The translations under genes and the position numbers were made by a program. Below the pieces are notes generated by a model, which did no database searches, had not been told where the DNA came from, and worked only from the letters and a program-made list of their open reading frames with translations. Below, one piece after another: positions 13,201-24,959 of a DNA stretch of 64,000 bases; within the stretch, counting starts at the first letter, position 1; each line of letters begins with the position of its first letter. Source of the DNA: Isurus oxyrinchus (taxonomy: Eukaryota); the NCBI GenBank assembly GCA_026770705.1, contig JANJGN010000783.1:124001-188000 (forward strand), read 5' to 3'.

Positions 13201-16200
13201 GCCTCTCCACACCTGCTCCGCCCTCAGCGTTAGGCCCCTCGACACCTCCTCCGCCCTCATCGCTAGGCCCCTCGACATCTCCTCCGCCCTCACTGCTAGG
13301 CCTCTACACACATCCTCCGCCCTCACCGCTAGGCCTCTCCACACCTCCTCCGCCCTCACCGCTAGGCCTCTCCACACCTCCTCCGCCCTCACCGCTAGGC
13401 CTCTCCACACCTGCTCCGCCCTCACCGCTAGGCCCCGCGACACCTCTTCCGCCCTCACCGCTAGGCCCCTCGACACCTCCTCCACCCTCACCGCTAGGCC
13501 CCTCGACACCTCCTCCACCCTCACCGCTAGGCCCCTCGACACCTCCTCCATCACCGTTAGGCCTCTCGACACCTCCTTCGCCCTCACTGCTAGGCCTCTC
13601 CACACCTCCTCCTCCATTACCGCTAGGCCTCTCAACACCTCAGCCATCACCGCTAGGCCTCTCCACACCTCCTCCACCCTCACCACTAGGCCTCTCCACA
13701 CCTCCTCCGCCCTCACCGATAGGCCCCTCAAAACCTCCTCCGCCCTCACCGCTAGGCCCCTCGACACCTCCTCCGCCCTCACCGCTAGGCCTCTCGACAC
13801 GTCCTCCGCCCTCACCACTAGGCCCCTCGACACCTCCTCCACCCTCACTGCTAGGACTCTGGACACCTCCTCCGCCCTCACCGCTAGGCCTCTCCACACC
13901 TGCTCCGCCCTCACCGCTAGGCCCCTTGACACCTCCTCCGCCCTCACTGCTAGGACCCTCGACACCTACTCCGCCCTCACTGATGGCCCCTCGACACCTC
14001 CTCCATCACCGCTAGGCCCTTCGACACCTCCTCTGCCCTCACCGCTAGGCCTCTCGACACCTCCTCCGCCCTCACCGCTAGGCCTCTCGACACCTCCTCC
14101 GCCCTCACCGCTAGGCCCCTCGACACCTCCTCCGCACTCACCGCTAGGCCTCTCGACACCTCCACCCTCACCACTAGGCCTCTTGACACCTCCTCCGCCC
14201 TCACCGCTTGGCCCCTTGACACCTCCACCCTCACCGCTAGGCCCCTTGAAACCTCCGCCCTCACCGCTAGGCCTCTCCACACCTCCTCCGCCCTCACCGC
14301 TAGGCCTCTCCACACCTGCTCCGCCCTCACCGTTAGGCCCCTCGACACCTCCTCCGCTCTCGTCGCTAGGCCCCTCAACATCTCCTCCGCCCTCACTGCT
14401 AGGCCTCTCCACACATCCTCCGCCCTCACCGCTAGGCCTCTCCACACCTCCTCCGCCCTCACCGCTAGGCCTCTCCACACCTGCTCCGCCCTCACCGCTA
14501 GGCCCCGCGACACCTCCTCCGCCCTCACCGCTAGGCCCCTCGACACCTCCTCCACCCTCACCGCTAGGCCCCTCCACACTTCCTCTGCCCTCACCGCTAG
14601 GCCCCTCGACACCTCCTCCACCCTCACCGCTAGGCCCCTCCACACCTCCTCCATCACCGTTAGGCCTTTCGACACCTCCTTCGCCCTCAGTGCTAGGCCG
14701 CTCCACACCTCCTCCGCCCTCACCGCTAGGCCTCTCCACACCTGCTCCGCCCTCACCGCTAGGCCCCGCGACACCTCTTCCGCCCTCACCGCTAGGCCCC
14801 TCGACACCTCCTCCACCCTCACCGCTAGGCCCCTCGACACCTCCTCCACCCTCACCGCTAGGCCCCTCGACACCTCCTCCATCACCGTTAGGCCTCTCGA
14901 CACCACCTTCGCCCTCACTGCTAGGCCTCTCCACACCTCCTCCTCCATTACCGCTAGGCCTCTCAACACCTCAACCATCACCGCTAGGCCTCTCCACACC
15001 TCCTCCACCCTCACCACTAGGCCTCTCCACACCTCCTCCGCCCTCACCGATAGGCCCCTCAAAACCTCCTCCGCCCTCACCGCTAGGCCCCTCGACACCT
15101 CCTCCGCCCTCACCGCTAGGCCTCTCGACACCTCCTCCGCCCTCACCACTAGGCCCCTCGACACCTCCTCCACCCTCACTGCTAGGACTCTGGACACCTC
15201 CTCCGCCCTCACCGCTAGGCCTCTCCACACCTGCTCCGCCCTCACCGCTAGGCCCCTTGACACCTCCTCCGCCCTCACTGCTAGGACCCTCGACACCTAC
15301 TCCGCCCTCACTGATGGCCCCTCGACACCTCCTCCATCACCGCTAGGCCCTTCGACACCTCCTCCGCCCTCACCGCTAGGCCTCTCGACACCTCCGCCCT
15401 CACCGCTAGGCCTCTCGACACCTCCTCCGCCCTCACCGCTAGGCCCCTCGACACCTCCTCCGCACTCACCGCTAGGCCTCTCGACACCTCCACCCTCACC
15501 ACTAGGCCTCTTGACACCTCCTCCGCCCTCACCGCTTGGCCCCTTGACACCTCCACCCTCACCGCTAGGCCCCTTGAAACCTCCGCCCTCACCGCTAGGC
15601 CTCTCCACACCTCCTCCGCCCTCACCGCTAGGCCTCTCCACACCTGCTCCGCCCTCACCGTTAGGCCCCTCGACACCTCCTCCGCTCTCGTCGCTAGGCC
15701 CCTCAACATCTCCTCCGCCCTCACTGCTAGGCCTCTCCACACATCCTCCGCCCTCACCGCTAGGCCTCTCCACACCTCCTCCGCCCTCACCGCTAGGCCT
15801 CTCCACACCTGCTCCGCCCTCACCGCTAGGCCCCCGCCACACCTCCTCCGCCCTCACCGCTAGGCCCCTCGACACCTCCTCCACCCTCACCGCTAGGCCC
15901 CTCCACACCTCCTCTGCCCTCACCGCTAGGCCCCTCGACACCTCCTCCACCCTCACCGCTAGGCCCCTCCACACCTCCTCCATCACCGTTAGGCCTTTCG
16001 ACACCTCCTTCGCCCTCAGTGCTAGGCCGCTCCACACCTCCTCCGCCCTCACCGCTAGGCCTCTCCACACCTCCTCCACCATCACCACTAGGCCTCTCAA
16101 CACCTCAGCCATCACCGCTAGGCCTCTCCACACCTCCTCCACCCTCACCGCTAGGCCTCTCCACACCTCCTCCGCCCTCACTGATAGGCCCCTCAAAACC

Positions 16201-19200
16201 TCCTCCGCCCTCACCACTAGGCCCCTCGACACCTCCTCTGCCCTCACCGCTAGGCCCATCGACACCTCCTCCACCCTCACCGCAAGTTCCCTCGACACCT
16301 CCTCCCTCACCGTTAGGCCCATCCACACCTCCACCCTCACTGCTAGGCCACTCGACACCTCCTCCGCCCTCACCGCTAGACCACTCGACACCTCCTCCGC
16401 CCTCACCTCTAGGCCTCTCCACACCTACTCCGCCCTCACCGCTAGGCCTGTCGACACCTCCTCCGCCCTCACCGCTAGGCCTCTCCACAACTCCTCCGCC
16501 CTCACCGCTAGGCCTCTCCACACCTCCTCCGCCCTCACCACTAGGCCCCTCGACACCTCCTCCGCACTCACCGCTAGGCCCCTCGACACCTCCTCCGTAC
16601 TCACCGCTAGGCCTCTCGACACCTCCACCCTCACCGGTAGGCCCCTTGACACCTCTGCCCTCACCGCTAGGCCTCTCGACACCTCCACCCTCACCGCTAG
16701 GCCCCTCGACACCTCCACCCTCAGTGCTAGGCCCCTCGACACCTCCTCCATCACCGCTAGGCCTCTCGACACCTCCACCCTCACCGCTAGGCCCCTTGAC
16801 ACCTCTGCCCTCACCGCTAGGCCTCTCGACACCTCCACCCTCACCGCTAGGCCCCTCGACACCTCCACCTTCACCGCTAGGCCCCTCGACACCTCCTCCA
16901 TCACCGCTAGGCCTCTCGACACCTCCACCCTCACCGCTAGGCCCCTCGACACCTCTGCCCTCACCGCTAGGCCCCTCAACACCTCTGCCCTCACCGCTAG
17001 GCCTCTCGACACCTCCACCCTCACCGCTAGGCCCCTCGACACCTCCACCCTCACCGCTAGGCCCCTCGACACCTCCTCCACCCTCACCGCTAGGCCTCTC
17101 CACATCTCTTCCGCCCTCACCGCTAGGCCTCTCGACACCTCCTCCATCACCGCTAGTCCCCTCGACACCTCCTCCATCACCGCTAGGCCCCTCAACACCT
17201 CCTCCATCACCGCTAGGCCCCTCGACACCTCCTCCGCCCTCACCGCTAGGCCCCTCGACACCTCCACCCTCACCTCTAGGCCCCTCGACACCTCCTCCAC
17301 CCTCACCGCTAGGCCGCTCGACACCTCCACCCTCGCCGCTAGGCCCCTCGACACCTCCTCCACCCTCACCGCTAGGCCTCTCGACACCTCCTCCATCACC
17401 ACTAGGCCTCTCCACACCTCCTCCGCCCTCACCACCAGGCCCCTCGACACCTCCACCCTCACCGCCATGCCCCTCGACACCTCCACCCTCACCGCTAGGC
17501 CCCTCGACACCTCCACCCTCACCACTAGGCCCCTCGACACCTCCGCCCTCACCGCTTGGCCCCTCGACACCTCCACCCTCACCGCCATGCCCCTCGACAC
17601 CTCCACCCTCACCGCTAGGCCCCTCGACACCTCCACCCTCACCACTAGGCCCCTCGACACCTCCGCCCTCACCGCTTGGCCCCTCGACACCACCACCCTC
17701 ACCGCTAGGCCCCTCGACACCTCTCCCCTCACCGCTAGGCCCCTCGACACCTCCACCCTCACCGCTAGGCCCCTCGACACTTCCTCCACCCTCACCGCTA
17801 GGCCTCTCCACACCTCCTCCACCCTCACCACTAGGCCTCTCGACACCTCCTCCACCCTCATCGCTAGGCCCCTCGACACCTCCTCCCCCTCACCGCTAGG
17901 TCTCTCGACACCTCCTCCGCCCTCACCGCTAGGCCCCTCGACAACTCCTCCATCACCGCTAGGCCTCTCCACACCTCCTCCGCCCTCACCGCTAGGCCCC
18001 TCTTCACCTCCGCTCTCACCACTAGGCCCCTTGACACATCCTCCGTCACCACTAGGCCCCTCGACACCTCCTCCGCCCTCACCGCTAGGCCTCTTGACAC
18101 CTCCTCCGTCACCGCTAGGCCTCTCGACACCTCCTCCGCCCTCACCGCTAGGCCCCTCGACACCTCCTCTATCACTGCTAGGCCCCTCGACACCTCCTCC
18201 ATCACTGCTAGGCCCCTCGACACCTCCTCCGCACTCACCGCTAGGCCTCTCCACACCTCCTCCACCCTCACCGCTAGGCCTCTCGACACCTCCTCCACCC
18301 TCACCGCTAGGCCCCTCGACACCTCCTCCGCACTCACCGCTAGGCCCCTCGACACCTCCTCCGTACTCACCGCTAGGCCTCTCGACACCTCCACCCTCAC
18401 CGGTAGGCCCCTTGACACCTCTGCCCTCACCGCTAGGCCTCTCGACACCTCCACCCTCACCGCTAGGCCCCTCGACACCTCCACCCTCAGTGCTAGGCCC
18501 CTCGACACCTCCTCCATCACCGCTAGGCCTCTCGACACCTCCACCCTCACCGCTAGGCCCCTTGACACCTCTGCCCTCACCGCTAGGCCTCTCGACACCT
18601 CCACCCTCACCGCTAGGCCCCTCGACACCTCCACCTTCACCGCTAGGCCCCTCGACACCTCCTCCATCACCGCTAGGCCTCTCGACACCTCCACCCTCAC
18701 CGCTAGGCCCCTCGACACCTCTGCCCTCACCGCTAGGCCCCTCAACACCTCTGCCCTCACCGCTAGGCCTCTCGACACCTCCACCCTCACCGCTAGGCCC
18801 CTCGACACCCTCCACCCTCACCGCTAGGCCCCTCGACACCTCCTCCACCCTCACCGCTAGGCCTCTCCACATCTCTTCCGCCCTCACCGCTAGGCCTCTC
18901 GACACCTCCTCCATCACCGCTAGTCCCCTCGACACCTCCTCCATCACCGCTAGGCCCCTCAACACCTCCTCCATCACCGCTAGGCCCCTCGACACCTCCT
19001 CCGCCCTCACCGCTAGGCCCCTCGACACCTCCACCCTCACCTCTAGGCCCCTCGACACCTCCTCCACCCTCACCGCTAGGCCGCTCGACACCTCCACCCT
19101 CGCCGCTAGGCCCCTCGACACCTCCTCCACCCTCACCGCTAGGCCTCTCGACACCTCCTCCATCACCACTAGGCCTCTCCACACCTCCTCCGCCCTCACC

Positions 19201-21222
19201 ACCAGGCCCCTCGACACCTCCACCCTCACCGCCATGCCCCTCGACACCTCCACCCTCACCGCTAGGCCCCTCGACACCTCCACCCTCACCACTAGGCCCC
19301 TCGACACCTCCGCCCTCACCGCTTGGCCCCTCGACACCTCCACCCTCACCGCCATGCCCCTCGACACCTCCACCCTCACCGCTAGGCCCCTCGACACCTC
19401 CACCCTCACCACTAGGCCCCTCGACACCTCCGCCCTCACCGCTTGGCCCCTCGACACCACCACCCTCACCGCTAGGCCCCTCGACACCTCTCCCCTCACC
19501 GCTAGGCCCCTCGACACCTCCACCCTCACCGCTAGGCCCCTCGACACTTCCTCCACCCTCACCGCTAGGCCTCTCCACACCTCCTCCACCCTCACCACTA
19601 GGCCTCTCGACACCTCCTCCACCCTCATCGCTAGGCCCCTCGACACCTCCTCCCCCTCACCGCTAGGTCTCTCGACACCTCCTCCGCCCTCACCGCTAGG
19701 CCCCTCGACAACTCCTCCATCACCGCTAGGCCTCTCCACACCTCCTCCGCCCTCACCGCTAGGCCCCTCTTCACCTCCGCTCTCACCACTAGGCCCCTTG
19801 ACACATCCTCCGTCACCACTAGGCCCCTCGACACCTCCTCCGCCCTCACCGCTAGGCCTCTTGACACCTCCTCCGTCACCGCTAGGCCTCTCGACACCTC
19901 CTCCGCCCTCACCGCTAGGCCCCTCGACACCTCCTCTATCACTGCTAGGCCCCTCGACACCTCCTCCATCACTGCTAGGCCCCTCGACACCTCCTCCGCA
20001 CTCACCGCTAGGCCTCTCCACACCTCCTCCACCCTCACCGCTAGGCCTCTCGACACCTCCTCCACCCTCACCGCTAGGCCCCTCGACACCTCCTCCGCTC
20101 TCTCCACTAGGCCTCTCGACACCTCCTCTGCCCTCACCGCTAGGCCCCTCGACACCTCCTCCATCACCGCTAGGCCTCTCCACACCTCCTCCGCCCTCAC
20201 CACTAGGCCCCTCTTCACCTCCACTCTCACCGCTAGGCCCCTCAACACATCCTCCGTCACCGCTAGGCCCCTCGACACCTCCTCCGCCCTCACCGCTAGG
20301 CCTCTCAACACCTCCTCCACCCTCACCGCTAGGCCTCTCGACACCTCCTCCGCCCTCACCGCTAGCCCTCTCGACACCTCTTCCACCCTCACCGCTAGGC
20401 CTCTCCACACCTCCTCCACCCTCACCGCTAGGCCCCTCGACACCTCCTCCACCCTCACCGCTAGGCCCCTCGACACCTCCTCCGCCCTCACCGCTAGGCG
20501 CCTCGACACCTCCTCCGCCCTCACCGCTAGGCCCCTCGGCACATCCTCCATCACCGCTAGGCCCCTCGACACCTCCGCCCTCACCGCTAGGCCTCTTGAC
20601 ACCTCCTCCGTCACCGCTAGGCCTCTCAACACCTCCTCCGCCCTCACCGCTAGGCCCCTTGACACCTCCTCCACCCTCACCGCTAGGCCTCTCCACACCT
20701 CCTCCACCCTCACCGCTAGGCCCCTCGACTGCTCCTCCACCCTCACCGCTAGGCCTCTCCACACCTCCTCCACCCTCACCACTAGGCCCCTCGACACCTC
20801 CTCCGCCCTCACCACTAGGCCCCTCGACACATCCTCCGTCACCGCTAGGCCCCTCCACACCTCCTCCGCCCTCACAACTAGGCCTCTTGACACCTCCTCC
20901 GTCACCGCTAAGCCTCTCGACACCTCCTCCGCCCTCACCGCTAGGCCCCTCGACACCCTCCTCCGCCCTCATCGCTAGGCCCCTTGACACCTCCTCCGCC
21001 CTCCCCGCTAGGCCTCTCGACACCTCGTCCGCCCTCACCGCTAGGTCCCTCGACACCTCCACCCTCACCGCTAGGCCCTTCGACACCTCCGCCCTCACCG
21101 CTAGGCCCCTCGACACCTCCTCCATCACCGCTTGGCCTCTCCGCACCTCCTCCATCACCGCTAGGTCTCTCCACACCTCCTCCATCACCGCTAGGCCTCT
21201 CCACACCTCCTCCGTCACCGAA
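7255..21222. repeat. ~14-kb satellite with 33/30-bp units (ctcaccgctaggcccctcgacacctcctccgcc) and kb-scale internal duplications
   Basis: Read directly. Identical ORF blocks are offset by 2466, 1331 and 1767 bp. Confidence 0.97.
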
Positions 21223-21974
21223 TTGCCAGGCCGTTAATCCCACCCGCAGGGCAGGAATTCCCTCCGATTGAATCTCGTGGAGGCCGAAGCCTTGTCGTTT
21301 CCCGATGAACGCCGGGCACAAAATCTTACTGACCTTCTGATCTCCTCCCACCACCCACCCCCCCCCCCCCCAAACCCCCGCTGCCGCCACCACCACTCAA
21401 GGTCCAGTGGCCTCCAGAACTCCCGCAGCCTCTCCCCCCGAGACCCCTATCGCCCCTCGCCCCCGCCCCCCCCCATCCCCCGACCCCCCCACAACCTCGT
21501 CCTCGTGCCCACCCCCTCCCCCGGCCTCCCCAGGCCTTCCCTGCCCTCCCCATCCTGGGACTGCCCCCACCCCGCCAGCAACCTGCCCCCCCACCCCCCC
21601 CCCCAACCCTGCCCTTCCAAAATTCATTTGGGTCTCTACTTCCTGGACTCAGTCTCCAACAAACCACCTGCGCTTCCTCTTCTGTCCACCTGCGGCGCTG
21701 TTGCTGCCAGGGCCGGAGAGCTGCCGGCCAATCAGATCGGCTGCAGTCGCACCCTGCGGGGCTGGGTGAGGGGGGAGGGTGTGTTCCCCCACTGACTCTC
21801 GGGGATGGAGGGAAGCGAGTGCACCCCCCCTCCCCACCGCGCCACCACCCCTCCCCCCCCCCACCCCACCCCCATCCCCCCACACCCCCTCCCCCCCCAG
21901 CGCCATCCGAAAGATTCGGGGCCACACCTTTCCCTCGCTCCGGACTCCGACCGACTGATCCCTGGGACGCTGGG

Positions 21975-22400
21975 ACCGTCGTACGAGGAGCGATTGGGAC
22001 AACCGGGCCTTTGTTCCCTGGAGTTGAGAAGGATGGAGAGGGGGATCTGATAAAATTCTGACAGGGATGGACAGACTGGACACAGGGAGGGGTGTTTCCT
22101 CCGGCTGGGAGGTGGGGGTGGGGTGTGGGGTGTGGGGGGGAGTCCAGAACAAGGGGTTCACAGTCTCGGGATACGGGGTAGACCATTTGGGACTGAGATG
22201 AGGAGAAATCCCTTCACTCCGAGGGTGGGCGAGCCTGAGGAATTCTCGACTGCGGAAGCTGTGGAGGGCGGGGTCACTGGATATAACTAAGAAGGGGACA
22301 AGATGGATTCCTTGACTCTAAAGGCACCCACGGTGGGTTTGGAGAGTGCGGGAGTGCGGTGTGGAGATGGAGGATCAGCCAGGCGGCCAATGAATCGACT
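21975..22400 (+). mobile_element. Degenerate CR1 LINE 3' fragment
   Basis: Homologous to 250-650 (tacgaggagcgattgg..., agtccagaacaaggggt..., ccatttgggactgagatgaggaga). Confidence 0.75.
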
Positions 22401-22424
22401 CAGCAGCGAGGACAGGCTTGACCA

Positions 22425-22430
22425 TTTATT
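22425..22430 (-). terminator. Polyadenylation signal AATAAA of the Ig light-chain-like gene
   Basis: TTTATT on the + strand, 160 bp downstream of the C-exon stop. Confidence 0.75.
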
Positions 22431-22590
22431 GAGCACATTATCCGTCGCAAACAAGCAACCGGCGCGGGAAGTGGGAAGAGTTCATCTGAGGCGAGGTCGT
22501 TGAGCTGGCTGTGTGTGTGTGGTTCGGGGGGGGAGAGCACATCCCCCACCCCCCACCCAGCCCGCCAAGTTGGAGTCCGCCAGCGGGCGC

Positions 22591-22928
22591 TCACTGGAGT
22601 TCACAGGCCTCCCGCTCGATGGTGCTGACGATGGGCTCGGGGCTGGACTCGTGCTGAAGCTGGCAGGAGTAGCGGGAGTGGGCATCCCACTGCCCCGCGG
22701 GCAGGGTCAGGTAGCCGCTCCAGCTGTAGCTGCCGTCCTTGGCTTGTGCCACCTCCGCCGCGCTGGCGCACAGCTCGCTCTCCGCCTCCCGGCCGTCCAG
22801 TGTCCAGCGGGCGCGCACGTAGCCGGGGTAGAAGCCGTCTGCCAGGCAGCTGAGGGTAACGTTGTCGTGAGTCAGCTGCTCAGCCGGTGGTGGGAGCAGG
22901 TGGACGATTGGCGCCGACAGCTGGCGAC
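22591..22928 (-). CDS. Ig light-chain constant (C1-set) exon
   Basis: Acceptor ccccacAG|GT, phase 1. Translation (S)RQLSAPIVHLLPP..VTLSCLADGFYPG..W..DGSYSWSGYLTL..W..YSCQLQHES..EREACELQ* has the C1-set Cys/Trp/FYP/YxCxxxH motifs and a near-terminal interchain Cys. Confidence 0.95.
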
Positions 22929-23059
22929 CTGTGGGGGTGAGGGGGGGTGGGGGGAGAGAGGAGACATTAGTCGAGTCCCGATACAAAAATAACAACACTG
23001 CCACTCTGCCCCGGTGCTAATCAGCTACTAGAGCCCTCCCGTTACCTCACATCACCCGC

Positions 23060-24335
23060 CCGGTGCGATACGGAGAGCGGAACTGTACACGGTGCTCCCG
23101 GTGTGATACACAGACCGGAACTGTACACGGTGCTCCCAGTGTGATACACAGACCGGAACTGTACACGGTGCTCCCAGTGTGATACACAGACCGGAACTGT
23201 ACACGGTGCTCCCAGTGTGATACACAGACCGGAACTGTACACGGTGCTCCCAGTGTGATACACAGACCGGAACTGTATGCGGTGCTCCCGGTGTGATACA
23301 CAGGCCGGAACTGTACGCGGTGCTCCCAGTGTGATACACAGACCGGAACTGTACGCGGTGCTCCCAGTGTGATACACAGACCGGAACTGTACGCGGTGCT
23401 CCCAGTGTGATACGGAGACCGGAACTGTACGCGGTGCTCCCAGTGTGATACACAGACCGGAACTGTACGCGGTGCTCCCAGTGTGATACGGAGACCGGAA
23501 CTGTACGCGGTGCTCCCAGTGTGATACACAGACCGGAACTGTACACGGCGCTCTCGGTGCGATACGGAGAGCGGAACTGTGCACGGTGCTCCCAGTGTGA
23601 TACGGAGACCGGAACTGTACACGGTGCTCCCAGTGTGATACGGAGACCAGAACTGTACATGGTTCTCCCAGTGTGATACAGAGACCAGAACTGTACACAG
23701 TGCTTCCAGTGTGATACAGAGACTGGAACTGTACACAGTGCTCCCAGTGTGATACACAGACCGGAACTGGACACGGTGCTCCCAGTGTGATACACAGACC
23801 GGAACTGTACACAGTGCTCCCAGTGTGATACACAGACTGGAACTGTACACAGTGCTCCCAGTATGTTAGGGAGACCAGAACTGTACACAGTGCTCCCAGT
23901 GTGATACGGAGACCGGAACTGTACACAGTGCTTCCAGTGTGATACAGAGACTGGAACTGTACACAGTGCTCCCAGTGTGATACACAGACCGGAACTGGAC
24001 ACGGTGCTCCCAGTGTGATACACAGACCGGAACTGTACACAGTGCTCCCAGTGTGATACACAGACTGGAACTGTACACAGTGCTCCCAGTATGTTAGGGA
24101 GACCAGAACTGTACACAGTGCTCCCAGTGTGATACGGAGACCGGAACTGTACACAGTGCTCCCAGTGTGATACGGAGACCGGTACTGTATACAGTGCTCC
24201 CAGTGTGATACGGAGACCGGTACTGTACACAGTGCTCCCAGTGTGATACACAAACCGGAACTGTACACAGTGCTCCCAGTGTGATACAGAGACCGGAACT
24301 GTACACAGTGCTCCCAGTATGTTAGGGAGACTGGG
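23060..24335. repeat. 38-bp minisatellite (~33 copies) filling the J-C intron, unit gaactgtacacagtgctcccagtgtgatacacagaccg; CR1-derived
   Basis: Read directly. The minus-strand unit 'ctgggagcactgtgtacagttccggtct' matches CR1 'ctggagtgctgtgtacagttttggtcc' (LExCVQFWS) at ~29420. Confidence 0.93.
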
Positions 24336-24418
24336 ACTGAGTGCTCCCCCCGGCCCAGTACAGGTGCCATTGCCGTACATAAACTCATGAATTTGACGGT
24401 GGGCTCGAAGATACTCAC

Positions 24419-24772
24419 TGGGTATTAGCAGTTGAACGCCGGTGCCAAAGTGCACTTGGTTGTTGTAAGTGACGGCACAGTAGTAGGCGCCAGTGTCAGC
24501 CTCCGCGATGCTGTTGATGGTTAGGACGTAGCTGTTGGTCTCTGTGTCCCTGGAGGGGAGGTAACGCTCGGTGATGCCCTTGGCCCGATCGATGCTGCCG
24601 CTCGCCCAGTGCACCAGCACCCACTCGGGTCCCTGCGCCCCGCGCCGCCGGTACCAGACGCCCCCATAGTCGCCGATGTTGAGGTGCTCCACCCGGCAGG
24701 ACAAGGCTGCAGTCCCTCCTTTCGGCACGGAGGTGGACAGAGGCTGCTGGAGGACGGGGGTCGGGGCGACGC
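24419..24772 (-). CDS. Ig V-set exon with J already joined (germline VJ), light-chain-like, resembling the elasmobranch sigma-2/sigma-cart type
   Basis: Acceptor tgtctttcAG and donor A|GTGAGT, phase 1-1, 354 bp. Translation GVAPTPVLQQP..LSC..WYRR..PEWVLVH..RYLPSRDTETNSYVLTI..DTGAYYC-AVTYNNQVH-FGTGVQLLIP. No RSS between V and J. The isotype assignment is by recalled similarity only. Confidence 0.95.
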
Positions 24773-24959
24773 CTGAAAGACAGGAAAGTGTGAGCGAAGG
24801 GCAAGGGGTTAGCCCGGTGGGGGGGGAGGCGTGGGGTCTCCGTTCGGAGCTGGAGTGGACGCCTGGAAAGGAAGAGAAAATGGAGGAGGATCGAGAACGG
24901 TGGAAAAAGAGAGAAGGGGGGTGGGGGGGGGGGGGGGTGGGGCGTAGATTGCCCTCCAA

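Noticed and set aside
6921-21396. Extensin-, mucin- or collagen-like ORFs up to 1908 aa
   Set aside because: Open on both strands because unit length is a multiple of 3; internal frameshifts switch peptide type; no supporting splice or start context
24476-24482. Cryptic heptamer TACTGTG at the 3' end of V, as used in V replacement
   Set aside because: A by-product of the Tyr-Cys-Ala codons; no nonamer or upstream donor V is visible
23052-24959. 635-aa ORF as a single protein
   Set aside because: Only 24419-24772 (possibly to 24862) is exon; a strong donor follows J and the remainder is intronic repeat
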